A stretch of 63,474 nucleotides of DNA, taken from IMG/VR virus record IMGVR_UViG_3300031754_000004, positions 1-63,474 of that record; one strand, written 5' to 3'. The stretch comes from a virus. Taxonomy: Duplodnaviria; Caudoviricetes. The stretch's first letter is position 1, and every line of letters begins with the position of its first letter. Made by a program: the position numbers and the translations under genes. Below the pieces are notes generated by a model that was not told where the DNA came from, made no database searches, and saw only the letters and a list, made by a program, of their open reading frames with translations. Of the stretch, positions 46,799 to 57,300 are shown piece by piece.

Positions 46799-48943
46799 AT
46801 GTATTCTGCGCCCCGCCTTTCTGTTCAGTCGCTCAAACTGGGTGTGCTGCCTTGGGAATTTCAGCCCGCGGTTCCGATTCCCGTTTGGGTTCGTAAGGAT
46901 AAAAAGCTCCGGGACATCTGGATAAATAATCCACAAACGAATCACCAATGTTATACGTTCAACGAGGGAGTCAATCCCAATTCCCGAATTACCAAGGCGG
47001 ACAAGGATGGCGGCGGAAATCCGGTGCGTTTGATTAACGCCTTGGTTGCGGACTTCGATTCGTCTCACACACTCGAACAGGTGTTGGAGTACATCAAGTC
47101 GTTGGAGTACAAACCGAACTGGCTCGAACACACGTTGTCCGGCCACTGGCGCGCGCTATGGGGCCTCGAAGAACCGATGTTGGTTCCCGGCAACAAGTTT
47201 TACGCGCACTTGATGACGCAATTTTCGGCGGTTGCGTTCGACCCGGAGCGCGTCATGCCCGGCCTTGACTTGCCGGCGTGGAAAGAGCCGAACAAGCTGT
47301 GGACGAACGGCTGCGAATGGCATTTCGTCCATGACAAGCTGATTCCCGCGACTGTGGCGACCGGCTGGCTGATGAAAGCCAGCCAGAGCTATAAATTCAG
47401 CGCCAAGGAATTTGGCACCGAGATTCCACTTGAAGTCGTCCGGGAAAAGCTTGCCGAAAAGTTTTCCAAGTTCAAAGAATGGGACACTGATTTTCTCGAA
47501 GGTTCGCAGGGCCCCTCGTTTTGGATTGAGGGTTCTACGTCTCCCAAATCGGCCATCGTTCGCAAGACGGGGATGCAAACCTTCTCTGCCCATGCGGTCA
47601 AAGCATTTTACCCGTGGGTTGACCTGCTGGGTGCATCGTTTGTCAAGGACTTCGAGGCCGCCATACTGGGCCGGGCGGTGGAGGACATTTGGTTTGATAG
47701 CAAGTATTACTGGTCACGGGTCAATGACAGATGGATGAAGTTCGAGCGAGCCAACATTTTACTTGAACTGAAAACGACCCGGAAGTTGTCGCCCAAAATG
47801 GACGAGAATGGAGTCTCGCTGGTGGAGCAGGCGTTGTCGTACATCAATCGTTATCAACAGGTGGATTCTGCCGGCCCGATGGTGTTTTTCCCGTCAGGTA
47901 TTGTCTCCATTATGGGAGAAACCCGGCTCAATACCTGCAACACCAAGGCTATCGCGCCCGCCGAGGGGCCGCCGGAAGTGTGGGGAGCCGATGGCAATTT
48001 TGCATGGCTGAGTTCGTTGACCGAGTTTCTTGACCCGGAGCCGCTTCGCTATCTCATCTCGTGGCTTTCGTGGGCGTACTTTCATGCCTACCAACAGAAG
48101 CCGGCGTCCGGGCAGGCAATCTTTATCTGCGGCCCGACTGACATGGGCAAAACTTTGTGGTCGCAACAAGTCGTCGGAGCCCTGTTCGGTGGATTCGCCG
48201 ATGCGGTTGACCATCTGACCGGCGAGGACGCCGGATTCAACATTGATTTGTGGGGAAAAGGAATTTGGAACGTGGACGACGGCAAATCCTCGTCCACCGC
48301 CAACAAGCGCCGGCTGTTTTCGCAGATTATCAAAAAGCTTGTCGCCAACTCGAACCACCGCGCGAACGGAAAATTCCTGACGGCTTCCCAAATCACATGG
48401 TTGGGCCGAATCATCTGTACCTTGAACCTCGACTTTTTGGACGGGTTACTGATGCCTGACCTTGAGGATTCGGTCGCCGGCAAAGTGATGCTGTTCCGCA
48501 CAGTGGAACGTACCCAGCGAAAGATAAAAGAATTCCCGATGCGCGATGAAATAGCCGACATCATTGGGCGGGAGCTCCCGCACTTCGCCCGGTTCCTGTA
48601 CGACTATCAGATACCGGAGGACATCCGCGGCGAGAATCGTTACGGAGTCAAACCCTACCATGACCAGTCTCTTGTCGTAATCTCAAATGCAGCCAACCCG
48701 GACAGTATGCTCGCGGAACTGGTGGAGATGTGGCGCAAGTCGCATTTCGCCCTGAATCCGAAGCTGGACTACTGGGAAGGAAAACGGGTTGACCTAATCA
48801 AAGCCCTATTGTTCGACCCGGTGGACGAGAAGCTGGTGCGCTACCACATCTCCACGTTGCCTTACAAAATGCCGTTCCTTGTCAAAATCGGGCTGGTCAA
48901 ACAAATTGACGCCGATACCTACCGAATATACCCCCCAAAATAA
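46799..48943 (+). CDS. Primase-helicase (AEP-like N-terminus plus SF3/D5-like helicase)
   Basis: VADFD, TLSGH; GPTDMGKT, NVDD. Confidence 0.85.
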   Translation: MYSAPRLSVQSLKLGVLPWEFQPAVPIPVWVRKDKKLRDIWINNPQTNHQCYTFNEGVNPNSRITKADKDGGGNPVRLINALVADFDSSHTLEQVLEYIKSLEYKPNWLEHTLSGHWRALWGLEEPMLVPGNKFYAHLMTQFSAVAFDPERVMPGLDLPAWKEPNKLWTNGCEWHFVHDKLIPATVATGWLMKASQSYKFSAKEFGTEIPLEVVREKLAEKFSKFKEWDTDFLEGSQGPSFWIEGSTSPKSAIVRKTGMQTFSAHAVKAFYPWVDLLGASFVKDFEAAILGRAVEDIWFDSKYYWSRVNDRWMKFERANILLELKTTRKLSPKMDENGVSLVEQALSYINRYQQVDSAGPMVFFPSGIVSIMGETRLNTCNTKAIAPAEGPPEVWGADGNFAWLSSLTEFLDPEPLRYLISWLSWAYFHAYQQKPASGQAIFICGPTDMGKTLWSQQVVGALFGGFADAVDHLTGEDAGFNIDLWGKGIWNVDDGKSSSTANKRRLFSQIIKKLVANSNHRANGKFLTASQITWLGRIICTLNLDFLDGLLMPDLEDSVAGKVMLFRTVERTQRKIKEFPMRDEIADIIGRELPHFARFLYDYQIPEDIRGENRYGVKPYHDQSLVVISNAANPDSMLAELVEMWRKSHFALNPKLDYWEGKRVDLIKALLFDPVDEKLVRYHISTLPYKMPFLVKIGLVKQIDADTYRIYPPK

Positions 48944-48944
48944 T

Positions 48945-49871
48945 ATGCCTTATTACGTTTCCAAATCGCCGGAGCTTGACTGTCCCTCGTTGACGCGGGA
49001 GCAGGAGACAGCCCTATTCCGCACGTTCTACGCCTACAAAGGCAACCGGGGGCCGGACGGCCTGCCACAACCCTCCGGGTTGACCTATCCGGGGCCCGTG
49101 GAGCGCCGGGCGTTCGAGGCCAGAGATGTCCTGATAAACTCATATTTGAAGCTGGTCATCCAAATGGCCGTCAGCTTTGCTAAAAATCAAATCCCCGATG
49201 ACATGGCGGTATCGGCGGGTAATTACGCGCTGATGCGGCTGTTGCATCGGAGAAGTTTCGACCCCACCAAGGGACAGCGTTTCTCCACTTTTTTGCACAA
49301 GCACATCCACGGTGAAATTTGGGACGCCATCCTTGACTTTCGTGAGCACGAGGGTAGAGTTGTTCCTGAACTGGACGATGACGGCGAATTGCTTGGAGTC
49401 ATGGGCGTGGGTATGTTCACCCCGCCGACCGTCGAGGAGCACATGCTCAATCTCGAACGCCGGAAGAAAATCGAGACAGCGATGACGTGGATGACGAAAA
49501 CCGAAAAAATTGCCCTCATTGAAGTCGGGATGAATGGACGAACTTGTGCGGAAGTCGCGGCGGAGTTAAACATCTCCCGGCAGGGGTTGCACCAAGCTTA
49601 TCAAGCCGCGGCCACGAAGCTTCGGCGAATTTTCACCGAGTACAAACACAACACTGACCTGGTACCAACACCAAGCACAAATGACTACCGAACACGACAC
49701 AAAAACTGGCGTTTCCACGTCCGAAAACATCCCGGATTCACTTCCGAACGAAGTAATGGAGGCTTTACGCTCCGCTTCGGAAACGATTGCGAAGCCCTGT
49801 ACGAGCAGGCCAGCTTCCAACCGCGCACCAAGCGTGACAAGGTTTCCAAAGGTGCCCGGCCCCGACGGTAA
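48945..49871 (+). CDS. Phage sigma70-family factor (regions 2 and 4)
   Basis: LINSYLKLV..MA, FDPTKGQRFSTF, TCAEVAAELNISRQ. The C-terminal extension overlaps the next ORF. Confidence 0.85.
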   Translation: MPYYVSKSPELDCPSLTREQETALFRTFYAYKGNRGPDGLPQPSGLTYPGPVERRAFEARDVLINSYLKLVIQMAVSFAKNQIPDDMAVSAGNYALMRLLHRRSFDPTKGQRFSTFLHKHIHGEIWDAILDFREHEGRVVPELDDDGELLGVMGVGMFTPPTVEEHMLNLERRKKIETAMTWMTKTEKIALIEVGMNGRTCAEVAAELNISRQGLHQAYQAAATKLRRIFTEYKHNTDLVPTPSTNDYRTRHKNWRFHVRKHPGFTSERSNGGFTLRFGNDCEALYEQASFQPRTKRDKVSKGARPRR

Positions 49872-50073
49872 AGCTCGCCGGCTACGCATCCCGCGGTTGA
49901 CATTGCGGCAAGTCGCAGCCAAACTACGGGTGATGCGCCGCTTCGAGCTCCTCCGCGATGCCTACACCAAAGGCGCTGGTTACAATCCTTATCGGGTGGA
50001 ACGTCAGGGACTTGAAAACTACATCAACGGTTTTTTGAACGGAGCCCTGCGGATGGTTCCCGCTGCGCCATGA
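49681..50073 (+). CDS. Hypothetical protein
   Basis: Stop overlaps the resolvase ATG; 5' part overlaps the sigma gene. Confidence 0.45.
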   Translation: MTTEHDTKTGVSTSENIPDSLPNEVMEALRSASETIAKPCTSRPASNRAPSVTRFPKVPGPDGKARRLRIPRLTLRQVAAKLRVMRRFELLRDAYTKGAGYNPYRVERQGLENYINGFLNGALRMVPAAP

Positions 50074-50609
50074 GAACCCTTGCACTTGATTTGGGCACTA
50101 GGACAGGTTGGGCTCTCCATTCTCAGGCTGATGATATGGACAATTCACCCATATTTGAATCGGGAACATGGGTGCTGGCTACACCCAAGGAAATCACCAC
50201 ACAGGCCAAGGCGGATAAAAGCCGATGCTGTGATGTTCGTTTTCAACGTCTGCAAGACTATATTACCGCTTTGGGGTTCGTGGATGAAATCGTATTTGAG
50301 GATGTCGAATTTTCGACCTACACTTATCAAACCCAACTTTGGGCCGGGTTCCGAACTGTCGTGTCGCTTCGGTATCTCCGTCAATGTCCGAAGATTACGG
50401 CTGTGCCGGTCGGCACACTGAAGAAGTTCGCCACAGGCCGTGGTAACGCAGACAAGAAAGCAATGGCCATCGCGCTTGACCGCGCGTTGCCTTATTTCAA
50501 AACTCGGTCGCCGGCCCCGGATGATAACGAAGTTGACGCAATCCACCTTTTGAGATACGCATTATGGAACAACAGCAACAAGTCCCTCACAACCCAATCC
50601 AGAGGATGA
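50070..50609 (+). CDS. RuvC-like Holliday junction resolvase
   Basis: LALDLGTRTGWA, VFEDV, TLKKFATGRGNADK, DDNEVDA. Confidence 0.88.
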   Translation: MRTLALDLGTRTGWALHSQADDMDNSPIFESGTWVLATPKEITTQAKADKSRCCDVRFQRLQDYITALGFVDEIVFEDVEFSTYTYQTQLWAGFRTVVSLRYLRQCPKITAVPVGTLKKFATGRGNADKKAMAIALDRALPYFKTRSPAPDDNEVDAIHLLRYALWNNSNKSLTTQSRG

Positions 50610-51103
50610 TGCCAAATACGTCTTTTGCTTTGGTCGGAAATCGAGACATCCTGAAATCCCAAATTCAGGATTGCATTACGACCATTGCCACGATGACGAA
50701 TTGTATTCGGATTCATTCCATCCCAAATTCACCTGATGCAGAGTCTAGTATTCCGCAAAAGGATGAAGGCTATCACAGCGAGAAAAGCATCACGACGTTG
50801 GAGGAATCCCTGTTCCATGCTTGTCAACGACTAGATGCTTTGATGAAGGCCGATGAACGGTGGGTAGCGCCGCCGACCGATGCCCATACTCTCGCTATCA
50901 AGTATTTCACCCAACAGATAATGTTGCAACAACAAGCCGTCCGCAGCAATGAGATTGCCTTGGAAGAAATGAAAATCCGCGAGAAACAGGCGACCGAACT
51001 GCTTCGACAGGAGATGCAACAGGAAGTGTACCGCGCCGTACAGCAACGGCTGAACGAACTAGAAAAGTTGGCCGAGGATGAAGCCCCGAAACCCGCACAA
51101 TAA
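50564..51103 (+). CDS. Hypothetical coiled-coil protein
   Basis: 179-aa ORF within the operon. Confidence 0.6.
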   Translation: MEQQQQVPHNPIQRMMPNTSFALVGNRDILKSQIQDCITTIATMTNCIRIHSIPNSPDAESSIPQKDEGYHSEKSITTLEESLFHACQRLDALMKADERWVAPPTDAHTLAIKYFTQQIMLQQQAVRSNEIALEEMKIREKQATELLRQEMQQEVYRAVQQRLNELEKLAEDEAPKPAQ

Positions 51104-51107
51104 AATT

Positions 51108-52124
51108 ATGAAATGGACACAAAAAGAAATAGACCGTTTGCACGACCAAGTTACAAATGTGGCACTTGCTAAAGAGCTCAATCGCAGCCTGACCGCGGTT
51201 CAACATAAACGCGCGAGCCTTGGGCTGCCTCCCTACGAGGGAATCAAGGTTAAGAAATCCCTCGCCCCTGAACTGCCGACCGTAGACTTACCTCCGCCGA
51301 AATTTGGACGTTTGGATTTGAAAGCAATAAATGCCGGCGCTTGGTATAGATATGGCCTTGTTTCAGACACTCATCTTTGCTGTAAGGAAGAACGGCTATC
51401 GGAGTTGCATTCCCAGTATGACTTATTCCTTCAAGAGGGAATTACCACCGTTTTTCACGCCGGCAACATTGTAGATGGATATTTACCCCGTATCAATGGC
51501 GCAAGCGTTCTGGAAACAACGATTGATGGACAAGCTCAATATGTCGCTAACAACTACCCAGCCCGCAAAGGAGTGACGACTTACTTTATTACGGGGGACG
51601 ACCATGAATCTTGGTTCGCACCGGGCTTTAATTTTGGGGCCTATCTTCAGTTTGTTGCCGGAAAAACTAATCGCCACGATTTGCAATATATTGGCCATGT
51701 GGAAGCAGATGTGGAAATTAAGCATAAGTCCGGTAAGAGTACCATCATTAAAATTCAGCATCCCGGCGGCGGTTCAGCATACGCCCGGTCGTATACGGGC
51801 CAGAAACAAGTCGAATCTTGGGAAGGTGGAGAAAAGCCTCACATCCTTATACAAGGACATTATCATGTCAGCAACTACATGCAAGACCGTAACGTGCATG
51901 TTATCTCGCTACCGGGATTTCAAGACCAAACTATTTTCGCTCGCAAGAAACGGCTTCGGATGGAAGTCGGCGGGGCTATTTTGGAATTTAAGGTCAGTCC
52001 TAATGATGGTACAGTAACACGTTGCCGAGTAGAATTCAATCGCTATTTCACACGGGGCTACTACAAACCCTACTTGAAGTCAGATTCAACCCTAGTAGAA
52101 GGACATCTCGTCCTGAAGAAGTAA
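51108..52124 (+). CDS. Calcineurin-like metallophosphoesterase with N-terminal HTH
   Basis: SDTH, AGNIVDG, TGDDHE, QHPGGG, GHYH; N-terminal KWT..E...LAKELNRS. Confidence 0.88.
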   Translation: MKWTQKEIDRLHDQVTNVALAKELNRSLTAVQHKRASLGLPPYEGIKVKKSLAPELPTVDLPPPKFGRLDLKAINAGAWYRYGLVSDTHLCCKEERLSELHSQYDLFLQEGITTVFHAGNIVDGYLPRINGASVLETTIDGQAQYVANNYPARKGVTTYFITGDDHESWFAPGFNFGAYLQFVAGKTNRHDLQYIGHVEADVEIKHKSGKSTIIKIQHPGGGSAYARSYTGQKQVESWEGGEKPHILIQGHYHVSNYMQDRNVHVISLPGFQDQTIFARKKRLRMEVGGAILEFKVSPNDGTVTRCRVEFNRYFTRGYYKPYLKSDSTLVEGHLVLKK

Positions 52125-52199
52125 TGCCTACTTGCCAAAACAAAAAGCGCGTCAATCCTGACTGGGTTGACGCGCCTTATGTAATTGAATTCGGGTCGT

Positions 52200-53141
52200 T
52201 CAAAAGGATAGCTTTTGGGCCGCCTCCCGTCGGTGCTGCGGATTCAAATGTCCATATATCTTGCCAATCAATACGCCGCCGTCGGCGTGGCCAACCCAAG
52301 CGGCGACCGTAAGGGTGTCAATCCCGGCCATAATGCACTTTGAGATGAAGGAATGGCGCAAATCGTGAAAGCTGAAGTCCGGGACGCCGGCGGCGCGCGC
52401 TACTCGTTTACAGAGCGGGCCGGGATTTGCCCAATGCTTCTTCGGGTCATCGGGAGATGGAAAAATCCAACCCTCAGTTACCCCTGCTCCGGTTAGTGCG
52501 TGAAGTTTCTTCAAATGCACTCGTAGATTTGAATTAAAATCTACGACCACCTTTTTGTCGAATTTAGTAAACAGCGTAAGTTGCTGATTTATCCAGTCCA
52601 CATTTTCCCACCGTGCGGTTAAAGCGGCTTGTCTCCGCGCGCCGGAATAAGCCATAAATTCGAGCAGGTCGGCTAGACGGTCGCCGTAAAGATGTTCAGC
52701 TTCATTATAGCAACAATCTGAGCCGCTGGTGCCGTCGTCGCCTATGATTCGGCTTCGGGCCTCCGTAAGTATCGCTCCGAACTGTTCACCAGTCACCAGT
52801 GTCCGGCGCTTGGGCACATACTTGAGCGGTTCCCAGTTATCCGTCACAAGCGACTTCTCCGGGTCGAGGTATCCGGCCTTACGCGCCCACTTGAGCATAT
52901 TGGCCAGCGCGAGCACGTCCAGATTGACGGTACGCGGGTTGATGCCGGCCCGGCTCCGTTTTTTGGCGTAGTCCAGAATATCTCCCGCGGTCACGGTTGA
53001 AAGTTCCCGACCGGGAAGGAACTTGCCCCAACCCTTCAACGCCGCTTTTTCTTTTTTGACCGTCAACGGAGACTTGGCGTTCGTAGAGGTCATCCAGTCA
53101 ACATATTTTTCCCGGCAATGTCTGACTTGTATTTCATTCAT
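52200..53141 (-). CDS. int: Tyrosine recombinase / integrase (no arm-binding domain evident)
   Basis: SGARR, TK, HDLRH, VGH, IYGH catalytic residues. Confidence 0.93.
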   Translation of the reverse strand: MNEIQVRHCREKYVDWMTSTNAKSPLTVKKEKAALKGWGKFLPGRELSTVTAGDILDYAKKRSRAGINPRTVNLDVLALANMLKWARKAGYLDPEKSLVTDNWEPLKYVPKRRTLVTGEQFGAILTEARSRIIGDDGTSGSDCCYNEAEHLYGDRLADLLEFMAYSGARRQAALTARWENVDWINQQLTLFTKFDKKVVVDFNSNLRVHLKKLHALTGAGVTEGWIFPSPDDPKKHWANPGPLCKRVARAAGVPDFSFHDLRHSFISKCIMAGIDTLTVAAWVGHADGGVLIGKIYGHLNPQHRREAAQKLSF

Positions 53142-53147
53142 ATCACC

Positions 53148-53176
53148 AATATCATATAATCCTTGGCACTTGTCAA
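53148..53176 (-). promoter_or_regulatory. Recombinase promoter (leaderless spacing) overlapped by palindrome CACTT-GTC-AAGTG
   Basis: TTGACA-17 nt-GATATT; ATG 6 nt later. Confidence 0.7.
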
Positions 53177-53217
53177 GTGAAAAGCTACAAGTGGTTGAAT
53201 ATCAATGAAATTTAATG

Positions 53218-53252
53218 AAAAAGGCTGCTTCCACCGAAGGGCGAAAGCAGCC
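53218..53252 (-). terminator. Intrinsic terminator ending the late transcript
   Basis: GGCTGCTT...AAGCAGCC followed by TTTTT on the minus strand. Confidence 0.7.
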
Positions 53253-53301
53253 AGTCTCAGTAAACTCCGGGGCCGGGGGAACGGGCCAGAGTCCGAGAGC
53301 G

Positions 53302-54147
53302 TTAAACAGGGGCTCGCCACAAGCCGCTGACGATGCTGGACGAGGGTTTCTGCATGGCGGAGGCAGGAGGGCCATTTACCGCTGCGGCTCGTTTGGAGGC
53401 CAATGCGGCATTAGCGCCGGCCCCCATGCCCGGTCGGGGAAGGACAGGCACGGCGGCAGCGGTTGGCGTGGGGGTGCCGGTAAGGTTTAAGTCAGAAATA
53501 GATGGAGTGTTCCTACCCTGTTGGCCATAATCAGCGCCGGACGTGCCCCCGGTTTGGCCTGCGCCAGTGCTGGGAGTGCCTGTGGACGCTCCTGCCGGCC
53601 CGGCGGCCCCGGTTTCACTGGTGTTCTTGCCCGGAGTCCCGACGCCGGATTTGCCAGCACCCGAAGGGGAACTACTAATTCCGAGAAATTTAGTAATTGA
53701 CGGAAACGCATGAGCGAGACGGTTTTTCGCATCCAGCGCTTTCAGAGTGGTAACAGGCACTTTGCCCGGATTGAAAAACACCGCGCTGACATCCTTGCTT
53801 TTGGGCTTGTAAATTCCGATACCCATATCCTGCACCTGTTTTGGAGTCACGTCGGATTTGAGTTTGGGCGCATCGGCGGGAACATGAACTCCGGCAAGTT
53901 GGCCAGTGCCTATTGCGTGGAGCACGCCAAGGGCTTTGCCCTTGACATCGGGGTGTACGCTCCCGTTCTTGGTCATCGGTGCCTGATTATTCGGGCTCGT
54001 GTTCACCACATCGTTGCCCGGCTGATTGGCGTCAGGTGCCGGGGAACCGGCGTAATTGGCCGGCATCGCGCCGGTATCCGGGCTTGCGGCATTGCCGAGG
54101 CCATTCAAAATGCCCGAAGTTTTCGCTTTTCCGTCTGCGTATGCCAT
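53302..54147 (-). CDS. Low-complexity putative internal virion protein
   Basis: GGAG SD; Gly/Ala/Pro/Thr-rich flanks around a small core. Confidence 0.65.
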   Translation of the reverse strand: MAYADGKAKTSGILNGLGNAASPDTGAMPANYAGSPAPDANQPGNDVVNTSPNNQAPMTKNGSVHPDVKGKALGVLHAIGTGQLAGVHVPADAPKLKSDVTPKQVQDMGIGIYKPKSKDVSAVFFNPGKVPVTTLKALDAKNRLAHAFPSITKFLGISSSPSGAGKSGVGTPGKNTSETGAAGPAGASTGTPSTGAGQTGGTSGADYGQQGRNTPSISDLNLTGTPTPTAAAVPVLPRPGMGAGANAALASKRAAAVNGPPASAMQKPSSSIVSGLWRAPV

Positions 54148-54177
54148 ATCGTATTCTCCGTTCGTGGACGCCGAATG

Positions 54178-54348
54178 TCAACCCGTCGGCTGGGTCTGTT
54201 TGGGGGCAACGAGGAAAGCTGATTTCCGTTGCTTGTGTTGTTTCGCTGCTCGAAAGACTTTATTCATAAACGCATCAATGGGATGCGTTGCGATATTCTG
54301 TCTCGCGCCTTCCGTTATCGTTTTAGCTTCAGATGTGGGTAGGTTCAT
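54178..54348 (-). CDS. Small hypothetical protein
   Basis: ATGA overlap with the giant gene's stop. Confidence 0.5.
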   Translation of the reverse strand: MNLPTSEAKTITEGARQNIATHPIDAFMNKVFRAAKQHKQRKSAFLVAPKQTQPTG

Positions 54349-57300
54349 AATTTGTGGTCGTACCACCAACGAGCCATTTCAAGTAATTCAGATTCTGGTA
54401 ACGAATCTAATTTGTGCTGAATCAACCAGTCAGCAAAGAATGTGATACTTTCATTTGTAGATTTGGCTTGGGCTTTTTTCAAACCCTCATCGAAAATTCG
54501 GGCTTGTTCGCTTGTATGGGGTTGCCCTATTATTCGATTGGGTTTCCTACGAATGGTAGGGCTAACGGGCACATTTGCCGGGCCCCGCTTCGATTCATCG
54601 GTCGCAATGGAGAACGACGGGCCGTCCAGTTGTGTGGCGTAAAAATCCTGTTGCTCCGCTTCGCGGCCAACCTTCAGCCCCTCCGGGACGACCGGCGCGA
54701 GCGTTCCATCGGTGTAAAGCATCCCTCGCGGCGTAATTATACTCTCCTGTCCGTATTTACGCGCTAACGATAACGCATCCGGTTCGGCAATGGGAGAAAT
54801 TAAAAAGCCCTTACCTTGTTCGATACCCTTGTACTTCCCACCGACCTCCATGAACGGATACCCTGACTTCGTCAGTTCATGTTCTAATTCAGCATTGGCT
54901 TTGGTATTAGCCTCATTATCATGCGGGCCGTTCAATTCCTGCGTGGCCGTCATCCCGGCCCAGTTTGGTTTCGCAATCGCCGCCGGCAAAGTTTTCTCAT
55001 CTTTGAATTCAGCGAGCGCCGGCGCTCCGGTCGGGCCATTCAATGCAGGGAGGCCGTGCTGAAATTCGCCGTTCTTCAGATGCCCGATGGAGCCGGGGTC
55101 GTCCTTTCCCTTCTGTGCGAATGTCTTGGTGTCAACGTCATGGCCTTGGGTACGCGCTTCCAGCATCTTCATCGTGCGATAGTGCGACACAACTGCTGTC
55201 TTGCCGTCGGGATTCTCGGCATGAATCTTTTCGAGCGTACCGAAAAGCCGGTGCCTATACTCGTTGAACGTTTCTGCCGGACGGGTCGGATAGCTACTCG
55301 CCGGTTGTTCATCGGGATTTTCCGCAAGTCTTTGAATCTCCGGCGCGGCCTGGACCGACAAAATTCCTTCGAGTTTGGGGCCAAAGCCCCACGGGCGCAG
55401 GCCGGAGTCAACCTCGACCGGCAATCCAAGATGTTTGCCGAGAATGTCGGCTGTCTCTTTCGCGCGCGCTAAGTCGGAGGTCACGAGCCGATTGATTCCG
55501 TGCCCTTCAAGTTGCTTGGCGGCGTCTTGAGCCTCCTGCCGGCCAGCAGCATTGAGCGGCGGATTCTGCCAGCCACGGGTTTTTCCAGTTGCGTTAAGAG
55601 TTGTTTCCCCATGCCGGACAACGTACATATTCATGTTGTCCATTGACGCCTCCTTCTGCGCCGGCGTCGTGGGCATAAATGATTCTGGTTCTGCAAAATC
55701 TCCGGTATCGAGTCCACGGCGTAACACAGATGCCAAATGAGAGGGGTCGAGTTTGTCAAGCTGACCCGATTTAGAGGCTAGATTCGCTGCTTGATAGCGG
55801 TCAACAAACCGGCCTTTGGAAGTAACATATCCCGGTTGAACGTCCACGCCGTTAGCTTCAGATTGGGCGGCACGTTCATCGAGAGCATAATGAGTATTGG
55901 CTAAAGGAGCGTGCGAAATGATGTTCCCCATCATATCCGCTATTGCAACCCGCTCAATTCGTTCCGGCTCTATATTTTTCGTAGGCATGAACATTGGCGA
56001 CCCTTCTTCGCCCGGCAGAGCGCGCGCCTGTTGAATGCGTGTGGGCTCCGGCGACCGGGCCTGTATCGGGACTCTCATGCTGTTAAGCACGTTCTCGATG
56101 TCCGCTTGCTTGGTCTTTGACAAATTAATGTTGTCAGCGACCGCATCCACGGGAGTCCCTTCATCGTTGATAAAGTTTACTTGGAGGCGAGCAAGGTCAT
56201 CTTTATGCTCCAACAGTTTTTTCAAAATGGCGGATTTCTGTTTGGCCCAAAACCGGGGATTGAGCTCCACGGATGTATTGCCGGTAAAATTCCGGATACG
56301 AACAAAACCAGAATTCAGTGCGGCTATCCGCGCCGGATTATCATTCTGTGCATTCTCCGGCAACGTCAGACCGAACTGTTTGTTCCAATCATCGGCGTTA
56401 TTCTGTAAATCGGTTTCGTGATAGCCGCTGACCAAGGGATGAAATTTGGAGTTAGGCAGCACCCAACCGGACAATTTCTTCTCCGAGGCCCCCTGCTTCG
56501 CACGACCCATGAATGCGGCTTGACTTGCGGCTTCCTGTCGTAGATTTGCCGGGATAGCAATGTTTTTCTGCTCCGCGAACGGTCGTTCGGTCGGCGGGAC
56601 ATACCCGGCTTCCCCTTTGGTTGCCACTTCTCCGGTCGGCCCGCGCAGATGCCGGCCAAAATTGACCCAAGCGTTCTGAGCCAATGTCTCCGCAGCGAGA
56701 GCGCCTTGGGCCTCCGGTGAGAACATCGCCGAGTGTTCGCGCCAAGCATTGAACTCGCCGCGCGGGCCGAACTGATAACCCTCCTTGGCGTGCCCGAAAA
56801 AGTCGTGTACGGCGCAGAACAAGTCATTGACCACAAGCGGCTGGTCGCCGGCGCTGGCTCCCGCCGGCTGAAGCATTGGATTGTCTTTCGGCTCTGCGCC
56901 CTTTCCAAAATTCCCTTCAGTTTTCAGGAAGTACAGGTGTTTGTTGTCCTGAACATCTTTCACCATGTCCGCACTGGAAGCATACGGTTCGCCTTTGCCT
57001 GTCCACGGTTCAATCTTGTAACCGGCTTTGGTGAGTGCTCCGTATTGGGTTTTGACTTCAGTGGCTAGGGCTTGATAGGATTTCTGAACGTCCGGGTCTT
57101 TCAAATTGGTCGGTGTATCCTCGAAATGGTCGGCAATCCGTTTCATCAAGTCCGGGTTGACCTGTGCATAAGTTGCAGCGGGGAGTTTCGGCAATCCAGC
57201 TTTGTCTGCATAGTCCTCGGCCACGGTTCGGACTTCGGGCGACCCGGCGCGCGGCATCGCAGCCATTCCCATCTGTTTGTTGAACCGGGTGGATTCCAAT

